Of a stretch of 64,000 bases of DNA, positions 37,853-50,374 are shown piece after piece. Origin of the DNA: Psammoneis japonica (lineage: Eukaryota). The notes under the pieces are model-generated. The model made no database searches. It was given only the letters and a program-made list of their open reading frames with translations, and was not told the origin of the DNA. The stretch is taken from positions 62,001-126,000 of the forward strand of contig QPGO01000026.1 of NCBI GenBank assembly GCA_008632985.1. Reading direction: 5' to 3'. The translations under genes were made by a program, and so were the position numbers. The number at the start of each line of letters is the position of its first letter. The stretch's first letter is position 1.

Positions 37853-38487
37853 AAAATGATGAAAACAAAGAAAGAACGATCTTATGTTGATGCAAACGCT
37901 CTTGTTGCTACAACAACCAACATGACTAACACAGATGATGATGCTGCCATTAGAAGGTCTGCCAAAGACAAATCACTTGAAACTCAGCTTCGTTGTGCCG
38001 ACCTGGCACAAGTCACCCGTCAACAGCAAGCCATTTTGAGAGATGCTGGGCAAATTCTTGACGATGGAAACAGCACTGCGTGTGACTTGAAAAAGGCCAG
38101 CAACAGTTTGAAAATTGTCAGTGAAACACTTTCTATTGTTGAAAAAGCTGCTGCTGAATAAAATGCAACAGTTGCTAAAGAATCCAAGACAACGGGCGTT
38201 CCGTACGTTCATCGAAGGCTCGCGGCTTCGGGGAAAGTCGCCCAATCCTGAGCAATCATTGATTGGAGCCATGTCACTGGCTCTCATCATTGGACAAACT
38301 CACTTTGTTGTCGGACACGACAGACATGTCCCCAAAGCTTGGAGAGGGTTCAGAGCTCTTTCTTCAACTTGTTGAGCAGGCATGGGGAGTTGAGGTGCAC
38401 CCTGTTAAACCCATGTACATCATGGGAGAGTGTTCATTCTGTCTGCCTCTGGGCTTGAGATCATGGTGCACCTCACTCTCAAGGTTT

Positions 38488-39360
38488 TCACAGTGTCTTT
38501 TGTTTCTTGGCAGATGCAACAGTTTCAGGACTTAGGTGTTCTTCATTCCTTTCGAAAGCATCAAGCAACTTGTGAACATGTTTGCAGTTGACACCCAGAA
38601 AGTATGCTGGCTGCTGCTTCGCAACATCCAAGGGAGTTTCAGCAAAATGCGATTCATGCAGTGGATCTATGTTCTCCTGTCTGAGCAAGAAATCTGCGCT
38701 TTCCACTTTACCCGCAAGTGTGGCAAGGTGCAGAGGCATCTCTCCATCGAAGTCAACTGCGCTTACATCTGCACCATTTTCTATGAGTGTTCGCATTGCT
38801 CCAATGCTGCCAGCACTGGCAGCAAGGTGAAGGGGTGTCTGACCTGAGGTCCCTTGCATTTGTGAGCTGTTTTGCTTCAACCACGGACACTGCTTGAGAA
38901 CATGCTGGATGGCCTCTTTGTCATCAAGACATGCAGCGTTTCGGAGCACAGGTCCTGCACCAGCTGAGCGGAGCTTCTTTGTAATTTGCTGGCCCAACTT
39001 CGATTCCGAATCCATTTTCGACATTTGATCCTGAAATTCCTCACTGAAACACTTTGCCGTCTCAACATCCAAGTTAACCAGATCCTTGGCAAAGTCAATG
39101 TCGAACAGCCCAAACTCCCAGCTTCCGACAGAGAATGGATGAACCAAGGAGATCACTCCAGTTTCACACACAATGTCAATCGACTTGTTTCCGGCAATGG
39201 AATTCTTTAAATCAAGCAGAGGCCCGCCTTGCATCTTTCCTGAATAGACTGTGCACTCACAATCTTCCATCTGCTCTTCCCAGTGTTTCGGGTCAGAGCA
39301 ATGATCTTGCTGGAGCCTCATCGACAATGGATGTGTCAAAAGAGGGGCTGTGTCAGGCAT
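38488..39360 (-). pseudogene. Ankyrin-repeat protein, 5'-truncated by the copia fragment
   Basis: GQTPLHLAASAG...GADVSAVDFDGEMPLHLA...ETPLDVA. Abuts copia sequence at ~39360. Confidence 0.75.
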
Positions 39361-39361
39361 T

Positions 39362-40918
39362 GTTCACACTCTCCCCAACCATCCCATCCTGTCTATGTTG
39401 CTGCAGACGAAGCATGCGCGACATGGCACAAGGCTCGGTTTGGCATCGATTTGGACAGGAGCATGGCACTTCCGATGCAACATGCACTTCAAGGACACCC
39501 AGAAGCCGGCGTGCTCTGGGAGACGCACATCAACGGCATTTTGTCCGATGTGAACTTACTTTTTCGCAACACTGCTCATGACAAATGCATCTGTTCTGCT
39601 GCTTGTGAAGGACACAAGATCTTGCTCCTCCGTCAGGTTGATGATTTCTCCATTGCATGTCCTGAAGAGTCCCTTGCGATCAAGACCTGCGACAAGATTG
39701 GCAAAGCTCTCCAATTGGAATCGGAGACTTCTCCACCTTTCAAGTGTCTTGGCGTGATTGAAGAATTCAATGGTGTGGATGTTCTTCAATGTGATGATTC
39801 CATTGGTGTTGCTGTCCACAGTTGTGTTGATCGGGTTTGCACCTTGCATGGATGGTCGACACCGACAGACGAGGAACTCAAAGAGATGAACACAAGGCCA
39901 CACCAATCCCGGTTGATTCCATTTGTGACCTGCACACTGCCATTGGTCCAGCTGAAGGAACCCCAGAGCATGCGGAGTTGCAACAAGCTGCTGGCTTTGG
40001 GTGCCGCACTCTACTTGGTGAATTGTTGCATGCGTGCATTGTCTGTCGATTGGATGTTGGGTGTGCTGTCACTGCTCTCTCCAAGTTCTCTACCTGTCCT
40101 GCTGTGGTTCACTGTGACGCGCTCAAAGGAGTCTGCAAGTGCCTTCAACGCACCAAGCATTGGGAATTGAACTGCAAGAAGCCCACCCAAGACTCAAGAC
40201 TGCCTGCCTGCCCCTTTGAACGCCTCTCTCCGGACCCAACCCTACCACCATTCCCTTTCCCTGAATGTGATCATCAACTCGTTGCTTTCTTGGATGCTGC
40301 GCATGGCAATGACCTCCGCAACCGTTGCTCTACGACCGGCTGTGCTTGCATGTTTGCTGGCGCTGCCATGTCTTTTTGATGCAAGACCCAATTGGTGCTG
40401 CTGCGAGTTCTACGGAAGCTGAATTCTGTGCGGCTGGCACTGCTGCCAAGCATGTCCTTTGCCTTTGTCACATCCTGTGTGACCTGGGCTTCCCTCAGAC
40501 GAAGCCAACCCCGTTGTGCATTGACAACAAATTGGTATCAAGATCATCAATCATTCGATCCCAACCGAGCACTCCCGTCACATTGAGACTCAGTTTTTTG
40601 CGATCCAAGAATGGAAGGAAGCGGGCAAGATTGTCACAAGACATGTCCCTGGCATTGTCAACCCCAGCAATGACCTCACCAAGGCCCTTGGGTGGGTGCC
40701 ACACGCTCGCCATGCTCAACGCATGATGGGACACTGCTGTTGACATTTTTTCTGCGGTGGCCTCCCTGCTGCGCATTGCCCCCTTGTTTGATTGTGCATT
40801 GGGCATGGACACTTGTCGTGTCCTGTGTCTAGTCTCTCTGTTTTTCCTCACATCATCCCTGTTCTTTGGTTTGATGTGCACCATTCTCTGTGTTGAGATG
40901 TTGCAAATCAGGGGAGGG
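39362..40918 (+). mobile_element. Partial duplicate of the copia RT/RNase H 3' region (copy of ~46390-47948)
   Basis: Near-identical sequence including the PPT ggggaggg, running directly into the LTR at 40919. Confidence 0.92.
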
Positions 40919-43900
40919 TGTCAGCCCATCTATCTGCCTGTCATATGATGGACAGACTGGATGCGGATGATGGCCAGACCATTTGGACAGACGAGCAGAT
41001 CTCTCTGAGATCTGCTTTTCACTTTCTCATCTACTGGCACTCGTGTCATCACAGTCCTAGCCCTTTGGGGAGTCTTTCACACCTCTGTCATCTCTTGCCT
41101 TCGGCATTCTGTCAGGCCATGGCCTTGCGCTGTGCCACAGACCTCTGCGCCAAGCTTTCCATTTTGATTCGTTTGTTTTGTGAGCCGATCGAGCGAGCCT
41201 CATCGTCTGATCCGACAACTTTTTGTCTCGCTTTCCCGGCATTTTTCACGACCGTAGAAACATGCCAGATTTCCACGCGTGCATGACCAAAAATGGCTCA
41301 ACCAACTAAAACCATGGCGTCTTCCGACCCCACAAAACCCGCTCTCCCGTCCATTGCAGAGATCTGCTACGAATTCGAGGCACATGCAACAATGCCACAT
41401 CTACATGACTGCCTGAGTACGATTTGTGCAGACTCCACAACTGATCTCGACCAATTTTTTGACGATCCAGAGCATGCGCAACCCAAGAAAGATTTCGCGG
41501 ACATGCTTCGTGATTGCTTCATCAACAAAGCATTTCCAGCACCCCACACAGCTGATCCTACGGATGTACAATCAATCAAGACAATTGTGGATCAAGCCCC
41601 ATTCCGGCTTCTTGACTCTCAAAGGCCTTGTCCAGTCCGTTTGACGACTCCGATCTTGTCAAAGATGATCAAGACGAATCTTCAGAACCACGAGCAATCT
41701 CTGTTCATTCTCATTTCCACGCAACATGTGTGTGTTGATCTGGACATGGTGTGGAACTGTCGCAATTGGAACAAATTCTCTCTCACACCCTGCCAGCAGA
41801 AACAGCAACCTCCATCTCCTTCTCTGAAAACTTCAGGACCTGCCACATTGACTGTGAATGACTTGGTCAATGCACTCAATGCATGCGTGTCGAGCCACGC
41901 TCCGCCCTCTACAGCTCCTGCCAAGCCGACTGGAAGTGCTGCATCTTCCGTAACATCAAAATACCTCTTCAATCTGAACACACTACCCAAAGATGTTTGT
42001 GCACGCTACGACCGCAAAGAAGACGGAAAAGTCACACTCCAGAGCTCTCTCGTCCCTTGTGACCATGGATTCCATCACTGTGTTGATGCATCTGATCGCA
42101 TCGTCCTTGACGATGGCACCCTTTTCATCATGAGCTCGACTCCTGACCAGAAAATGCTGTTCAGGGAACCTCCTGTATGTCATGACGACTCTCCCCCTGG
42201 GATGCGAGCATGGCACCAAAATTTCCAACGTCATGTCTTTGATTCAGGATGCCACACACATCCATTGTGGTGTTTTGCCAAGGACCACGGTGGTGAGAAG
42301 GGTTTCAAGATCGGAAACTGCAAGGATGATGACTTACCTCAATGTGTGTACGTCCACTGCAAGGAAGCTCAGAGCTCTCTCCACAAGATGCTGTCCAAAT
42401 CGGACATGTTCCCCAAGAATGGCAAATGTCATCGGATTGTTGCATCATGCTGCGGCAACGGATGCAAGGCTCTCAAGCAGATTGTCTACGAGAATCATCC
42501 TGCTTTCGACCACAATGCTGCTGGACTAGTTGATTCACATCCCACCCAAGGCAATCAATCATTGACGGACCATCACATGATTTTCAATGATTTCCTGCAG
42601 CTGCGTGCTTGCATCTTTGATGCGGATTCTACATTGGATGATCCACAAGAGATGACTGTCTTTGTCAAGAATGCCAAGCACTCCAAGTTCTTATCTTGTG
42701 CTGCCAGAGATGAACGGAAGTCTCCAGCTGTGCTCAAGAAGTGCACTGATGCACAGATTGTCAAGACTCTCTCTGATTTCCTCCGCCAACTGGATGGCCC
42801 ATCCCTTGCCACTCGTGCGACGCCATCCAATCCCCACCGTAAATGGAATCGAGCAAATGAGGACACGCGATGCATGACTGTTGTTGATGTCAATGCTCTC
42901 CAGGTCCCTGAGATCCCTCCACTTGAACCAGTCGATGACTCTACCGCTGAAGACACTGGTGCGGAATCTCCACCTTCGGATGCCTTTGATGCTTTTTGCG
43001 ACGAGCTGCATGAACTCGAGTTCCCTTCTACGGACAAAGATCAACTCCTTCATCATGTCTGCTCGGCTTCAGTTTACAAACTGAAAGTTGCTCCGAATGA
43101 AGCTTCCAAGAAACCATGTCTCGTCTGCCCCGGAGAGCACTCATTTGATGACTGTCCTGTCTTGAGGAATGACCCATACATCAAGGGATTCCATGTCCGC
43201 TTTTGTCAATTCTTGAAGAGGGAAGCAGCTGTGCGTGCTTCTGAGTTCCAAGGACCCCAAGGACTGCTCCCCCCTCATGATAAAAACCCTGAAAGTTTGA
43301 CTGAATCTGGTGCTCCGCCCTCGGATTTTCAATTGGGCCGTCGCAGCTAGTTTCGGATCTCCGACACTGCCCGTTTTCTCCTCACCGAGACAAGACTCAT
43401 GTTGGCGGGATGACTTTGAAAGAGGGACTCACTGTCTCATCATCTGCCACTACAATGCCTCTTTCTTCGCAGATTGATGTCAACACCACCCCTGCCACTG
43501 CCACGAAGGTGTCATTGGATGCTAGCAAGTTGCCCAATGATGACCCTGCTCCTCAAGAAGACACCGTCGATGATGCTCCTGCTCCGGATCCTTTGGAACA
43601 GGGGAGGGAAGACCCAGAAACATCAGATTTTGAGGAACACATTGACCTTGCCTACGATGACATGGCTGTTGAGAAGATGGTTTTGCTGCTGTCAATTCTG
43701 TTTGTGTTGCTCCGATCGATCCATGCCAAGCCACCCATTCTCCTGAGCTAGAATTGCTGTGCTCCACTGGTTCTGTCAATGGAGTCAATTTCACTCCGAA
43801 TGAGCATTGTGCTCAGTTGGATGCTGGTGCTGACATTGCGTGTGCAGGCGACCGTGACCTCCTTCATCGATGCCAAGAATTCACTCCGTCCCATCCATGT

Positions 43901-46900
43901 CCTCTTGCCGTCAACCCGGCTCTTGGCCATCAAGCTGTCCCAGTTGGATTCGGATGTCTTCGCATTCCTGCAGAGAACTCCGCTGGCTATGTTGAGGTTC
44001 GTGCATGCCACCACCCACAGATCCAATCTATGTTGGTCGATGAGCGACTCCTCCTTTGTCAAAATGGCACTCATCGTGCAGATTACAACGTTGATTGTGT
44101 GCTCAAGTTCCATGATCTTGGTGCCTGCAAGTTTGTAGCACGACACCGATTGTGCAAGAATCAGGACATCATCATTCATGGGAAATTGATCAAGGGAAAA
44201 TGCTTTGCTCACCCTCTCATCCTCCCGGAATCTAATGAGGAATTGGGTGCATCTGTCGCGTGCCTCAAGACTGGCGACCCTTCCTTTGCGATGAGTGTGA
44301 AGCGGTCTCTGCGCACATGATTGAAACATGTCGCACCCACCAACATGAAGCTCTTCGTGCTGAACGCAAGTTGATCCCTCGAGTGCATCAAGACATTCCT
44401 TTTGAAGATCATGCCAAGAAGAACATTCCTGTCCAGTCTCTCAAGGCCGACATGGAACGCCTTTTATGGCATCAGCGACTTGGTCATCCGAGTGATCACT
44501 GCCTTTGTCATGCACATGAACACGTTGACGGTGTTCCCAAGTTTGCCCACGGAACTTCTCCTCTCGACACTTGTCCTGCATGCATGCAAGCAAAGCAGAT
44601 GAAGGAACCTGCTGGTCCGAACACCACTCTCACTGCCACCCAACCCCACCAAGGCCTTGCGGTTGACTTTTCTTTCTCTGGACTATGATCCAAGAACTCA
44701 GAGCATGCCAAGGACCATGTTGGATTGAATGGCGAGACTTGTTGGATCACCATTTATGATCATAAAACAAAGCATCTCCATGGTGCGACTCGAGTCTCCA
44801 AGGCAACCCCTTTGAATTGGCTTCACCACTTTCTGGAAGAGCACTCGCCAAAATGTCCAGACAAACATGCATTTGTGGACCAAGGAGGTGAATTGTGTCA
44901 AAATCCAGAGGTTTGGCGACTTTTCGAGAATGACTTTCACTGTGCAATTTGTCCCACAGGAAAAGATGCTTCAAACCAGAGTGGCCCAGTGGAACGCAGT
45001 CATTTGACTGTTGCCAATGCCATCCGGGCGATGCTCATTGGTGCCGATTTGCCCATGAAATTGTGGCCCTGTGCTTTTCATCATTTCATTCGAATCAACA
45101 ACGCCACACCATCCCGCGGGCAAACTGCTGTTCCGATTGCTCTTGCCACTGGTCGAAAGGATGATTTCAAGAACTTTTGTACATTTGGTTGTCGAGTTTG
45201 GGTGCGTGCTTCGAACCATCGCCCAGCAAAATTTCGGTCTGTCTCTCGCAAGGGTATTTTCTTGGGACATCTCCCGGACACTGCCAAGAACACACTCTGG
45301 TGTGATGCCGAGACCTCGCGTGTCAAGCTTGCCAAGCACATTCGTTTTGATGAGGGAATGAACGATCTCCCCCGCGACTCCCTTCCTCCGAATGTGGTTC
45401 ACTTGGAGCGCACTCAAGATGGCAAGGCTCTACCTGCCGAGACTGAAGAATCTATGTTAGATGAGTTTCACTTCCATGGGAAACCTTTTGCCAAGACCAT
45501 TGCGCGTGCGATGAAGGGGCCATTTCCTGATCCGACGTTTGGAATTTCCATGACTGTGGATGATCTCTATGAGTGTGTCTTCGTCTCTGACATTAAACGT
45601 GGTTCTCCTGCTGCGCATCTTTTCTCTTCTTTGAAGGCAACCCGCAACAAGCTCAAGGGTGTGTGTGTGTTGTGTTGATCGATGATCACCCTGTCTTCAC
45701 GGCAGAGGAGGCTGTCAAATGTTTTCAACAGATCTGTGATTCTGGCAAGACTCATTTTGAAATCGAATTCGCGCCGGAACGTCGACTGGATTCCCAGGCT
45801 CTACAACGTGCTCTGATGGAACACAATGTCCATGCACCAACTCCTGATCCTGATGATGAGCATGTCCCGGAAATTGCCAATGCCAACATGCGCGCCATTG
45901 CCGCCATCCGTCACCCTGACATTGATTTTTCCGACATGGACGATGATGACGTCCCTCTGTCGTTCTATGTTGACTGTGACAATGGTGTGGTCAACATCTG
46001 TGCTATTTCATCTCATGCAATTGCTCCAGAGGAACAAGCGTCAGGCACTTTCACTCGCCATTGTCTCAAGAAGTTGGACACGTGGCCCGAATGGCATGCG
46101 GGTGAACTCAAACAACTTGATCAATTCCATGAGCTGGGGATGTTTGGTGCACCAATTGAACATCCCAAGGATGCCATTGTCCTTCGTCTGCATTGGCAAT
46201 GTGATCTCAAGCATGATGGTGCACGACGATCTCGACAATGCTGCGATGGATCTCCCCGTGCTGCGTCGACCCTACATCGTCTTCACTCGACCTGCTCCTC
46301 TTGTGTGGAACAACCCATCCAATGCATGTTCTTTGCCCTTGCTGCAACTGTGAGCTGCCCTGTCTTTGGTGGTGATGCCCGTGATGCATGTGCACACTCT
46401 CCCCAACTGTCCCATCCTGTCTATGTTGCTGCAGACGAAGCATGCGCGACATGGCACAAGGCTCGGTTTGGCATCGATTTGGACAGGAGCATGGCACTTC
46501 CGATGCAACATGCACTTCAAGGACACCCAGAAGCCGGCGTGCTCTGGGAGACGCACATCAACGGCATTTTGTCAGATGTGAACTTACTTTTTTGCAACAC
46601 TGCTCATGACAAATGCATCTGTTCTGCTGCTTGTGAAGGACACAAGATCTTGCTCCTCTGTCAGGTTGATGATTTCTCCATTGCATGTCCTGAAGAGTCC
46701 CTTGCGATCAAGACCTGCGACAAGATTGGCAAAGCTCTCCAACTGGAATTGGAGACTTCTCCACCTTTCAAGTGTCTTGGCGTGATTGAAGAATTCAATG
46801 GTGTGGATGTTCATCAATGTGATGATTCCATTGGTGTTGCTGTCCACAGTTGTGTTGATTGGGTTTGCACCTCGCATGGATGGTCGACACCGACAGACGA

Positions 46901-48144
46901 GGAACTCAAAGAGATGAACACAAGGCCACACCAATCCCGGTTGATTCCATTTGTGACCTGCACACTGCCATTGGTCCAGCTGAAGGAACCCTGGAGCATG
47001 CGGAGTTGCAACAGGCTGCTGGCTTTGGGTGCCGCACTCCACTTGGTGAATTGTTGCATGCGTGCATTGTCTGTCGATTGGATGTTGGGTGTGCTGTCAC
47101 TGCTCTCTCCAAGTTCTCTACCTGTCCTGCTGTGGTTCACTGTGACGCGCTCAAAGGAGTCTGCAAGTGCCTTCGACGCACCAAGCATTGGGAATTGAAC
47201 TGCAAGAAGCCCACCCAAGACTCAAGACTGCCTGCCTGCCCCTTTGAACACCTCTCTCCGGACCCAACCCTACCACCATTCCCTTTCCCTGAATGTGATC
47301 ATCAACTCGTTGCTTTCTTGGATGCTGCGCATGGCAATGACCTCCGCAACCGTTGCTCTACGACCGGCTGTGCTTGCATGTTTGCTGGCGCTGCCATGTC
47401 TTTTCGATGCAAGACCCAATCGGTGACTGCTGCGAGTTCTACGGAAGCTGAATTCTGTGCGGCTGGCACTGCTGCCAAGCATGTCCTTTGCCTTTGTCAC
47501 ATCCTGTGTGACCTGGGCTTCCCTCAGACGAAGCCAACCCCGTTGTGCATTGACAACGAATCGGCGATCAAGATCATCAATCATTCGATCCCAACCAAGC
47601 ACTCCCGTCACATTGAGATTCAGTTTTTTGCGATCCAAGAATGGAAGGAAGCGGGCAAGATTGTCACAAGACATGTCCCTGGCATTGTCAACCCCAGCGA
47701 TGACCTCACCAAGGCCCTTGGGTGGGTGCCACACGCTCGCCACGCTCAACGCATGATGGGACACTGCTGTTGACATTTTTTCTGCGGTGGCCTCCCTGCT
47801 GCGCATTGCCCCCTTGTTTGATTGCGCATTGGGCATGGACACTTGTCGTGTCCTGTGTCTAGTCTCTCTGTTTTTCCTCACATCATCCCTGTTCTTTGGT
47901 TTGATCTGCACCATTCTCTGTGTTGAGATGTTGCAAATCAGGGGAGGGTGTCAGCCCATCTGTCCACCTGTCATATGATGGACAGACTGGATGCAGATGA
48001 TGGCTGGACCATTTAGATAGACGAGCAGATCGCTCTGAGATCTGCTTCTCACTTTCTCATCTGCCAGCACTCGTGTCATCACAGTCCTGGCACCCCAGGG
48101 AGTCTTTCACACCTCTGTCATCTCTTGCCTTCGGCATTCTGTCA
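40919..48144 (+). mobile_element. Second Ty1/copia element (different family), inactivated
   Basis: 196-bp LTRs at 40919-41114 and 47949-48144 (TG...CA). gag 41293-43350, protease QLDAGA, WHQRLGH, integrase DQGGE..GPVER, RT ALQGHPEAG/QVDDF, RNase H STEAEF/NPSDDLTK. Confidence 0.95.
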
Positions 48145-48928
48145 AGAAGAATTTTTGAAGTTTTGTTCAAGTTTAGCACCACACTGCTTTGTCAACAAAC
48201 ACCTTTCACATGACTGCAAGATTTCTCTTCTGGGCCCTCCCCAGAAGGCAAGCAACTCAGCAGGCCACACCATGAGTTCACAGCCAGACCATGCAGCTTC
48301 AACTCCAGGAGTTTGCACACACACACACTCTGCTGCAGCAGGAGAGCACTTTGGACCAAACCAGACAGATGGATGACAGCTGGACACATGCAAGTGCAGA
48401 CAGTGCAGCATGCTCAGCCCGCGCAGCTGTGCACACATGAGAAGCTCAGCGCAGCAATCAGTGCTCAACTTCAAATTTGATCCAGCATCTCTCCTCTTTG
48501 TGGTTGGATCACAGCTCCAACTCATGCTTGGCTGTCAACTGCCATTGACATTTTTGCTCTTCCTGTCAATGCATTGCAACACTGTGGTTGCTGCTCTGCA
48601 AGCTCCCATTGCAAGCCAGTTGTGCTGAGCGAGCATTTTTGCACAGCCGCTGCGGCTTGTGCTGGGTGAGCCGGCCAAGCCATTTTTCCGCATTTTTGCA
48701 CAGACCCTCCCTCAGTCAAGTTTCACTTTTATGTGCCCCTTTGATGCTTTTTTAGGAATGGCAATGTTTGATCGGAACCTGCGGTGTTCCGAAATGTTCT
48801 CAAAATTTTTGACAGCACATAAAAACGAAGCCGTCCCTCCGTCCAACCGACGATGATCCGGACATGCGGTCGGACGCGACGACTCGATCGCAGACTAGAC
48901 TCGCTCGCTCGCTCGCGATCATGCGACC

Positions 48929-50362
48929 ATGAGGAACAACCGTAATCAAAGCACCATGGTCCATACTCTTTTGCTGTTGCTTAGATGGCTTCTTTTAGTA
49001 GGACGATGCGCATCTTTTGTACCTTCCTATCGAAGAGCGTTACTTCGCCAACCGAATCAACTATCGAGCGTTCAAACTCAACAGGATGAAGTTTTGCTAG
49101 ACAAGTTGGAAAAAGAGCATGTTCTGGAAACCATCATGAATCCCGGCATACCCGACGGTTTCTTTGTAATAAAAGAGTATAATTCTACTCTTCAAGATGG
49201 ATTTGTATTTGAGTTTTCCAAGGTGCTTTCCGAAAAGGATTCAAACCGACTCGACCTTTCTCCCTCCAATGTGACACTACCGGTGGCACTCATGTTGTTG
49301 GATCCTACAGAATATCCATCACTGTCTCGAGCGCGCAAGGCTTGTCGTAAGGGGACTATACTAATCCATCGGAATGCCAGTAATGAATGGAATACAACAA
49401 ATTGCATACGTGGTCGTGTCGGTGATTTCGTTCTTGTCGGGGATGTCGTTGCCCAACAAGTGCGCATGGGCAGTGGCAGAGACACGTACCTTGAGCATCG
49501 GCAGCAAGAGCCACCACCGTATGAATTACCAGTTACGTATCAAGATGATTATTTTGCAATTGTAAACAAACCGGCAGGAGTAGCTTCAAGGGAACGTGGA
49601 ACCATGTCGGTGCGGGCTGCCCTGCCCTTTGTTTTGACACCGCCACAAAAAGGAGTCGTTTCTGTCATGAGACGTCCTCAACCGGTCCATCGATTAGACA
49701 AGCCAACATCAGGTTTGTTATTGATAGCAAAGACAAAACCAGCCATGGTGAATCTGTCAGCTCAATTTCTCAAACGTACAATCAAAAAGACGTACACTGC
49801 CATTGTCAATGGGATCCCACAAGAACCAGTTGAAACACGTCTCTCGTCTCGACAAGCGCACAAATTGGGTGTTGACGTGGATCCAAATAATGACAAAGCA
49901 ACCAATTGGCAACTCATTGACTATACTTTGGATGAAAAGGACGCCATTACGGTATGGAGAGTGCTTGGTTACTCGTCGTCACTCAAAGCGAACGATGGGA
50001 CCTTGACGTTGGTCGAGTTGAAACCAAAGACTGGACGGTTTCATCAGTTACGACGTCACTTTGCATGGGCACGGGGTAAGCCATTGGTTGGTGACAAGCA
50101 GTATGATGAGTCGACTGCGTTTCGACACCGAGGATTGTTTCTCTGTAGCAACCGAGTCGTCTTGGAACACCCCTACTACAATACAGACGAGGGGCGAAAG
50201 GAATGGGAATTGCTGCCTGATGATAAGAAGTTTGCACATGGCATGCTGAAGCTATCCAATGGAAAAGTGATTGTTCAGGCAGAGATTGAGCTTCCTGGAA
50301 AGTTTCAGAGCTTGCTAAACAGAGAGCATGAGAGGTCGTCGAAACTAGATGTTACCATGTAG
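48929..50362 (+). CDS. RluA/RluD-family pseudouridine synthase, probably plastid-targeted
   Basis: VNKPAG, catalytic VHRLDKPTSGLL, TGRFHQLRRH, PLVGD..Y. Signal peptide followed by CAS-FVP, resembling the ASAF motif. Confidence 0.92.
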   Translation: MRNNRNQSTMVHTLLLLLRWLLLVGRCASFVPSYRRALLRQPNQLSSVQTQQDEVLLDKLEKEHVLETIMNPGIPDGFFVIKEYNSTLQDGFVFEFSKVLSEKDSNRLDLSPSNVTLPVALMLLDPTEYPSLSRARKACRKGTILIHRNASNEWNTTNCIRGRVGDFVLVGDVVAQQVRMGSGRDTYLEHRQQEPPPYELPVTYQDDYFAIVNKPAGVASRERGTMSVRAALPFVLTPPQKGVVSVMRRPQPVHRLDKPTSGLLLIAKTKPAMVNLSAQFLKRTIKKTYTAIVNGIPQEPVETRLSSRQAHKLGVDVDPNNDKATNWQLIDYTLDEKDAITVWRVLGYSSSLKANDGTLTLVELKPKTGRFHQLRRHFAWARGKPLVGDKQYDESTAFRHRGLFLCSNRVVLEHPYYNTDEGRKEWELLPDDKKFAHGMLKLSNGKVIVQAEIELPGKFQSLLNREHERSSKLDVTM

Positions 50363-50374
50363 AAAGTATGTCAC

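Noticed and set aside
23452..48144. Alternative genetic code or recoding of Tyr as Cys/His
   Set aside because: Neighbouring genes use Tyr normally, non-coding LTRs show the same change, and the elements also carry stops and frameshifts.
22964..48144. Classic fungal RIP or CpG deamination as the sole cause
   Set aside because: RIP creates TpA and CpG decay does not touch it, whereas conserved Tyr codons show TA loss. TG-vs-CA sites alone are ambiguous and were not used as proof.
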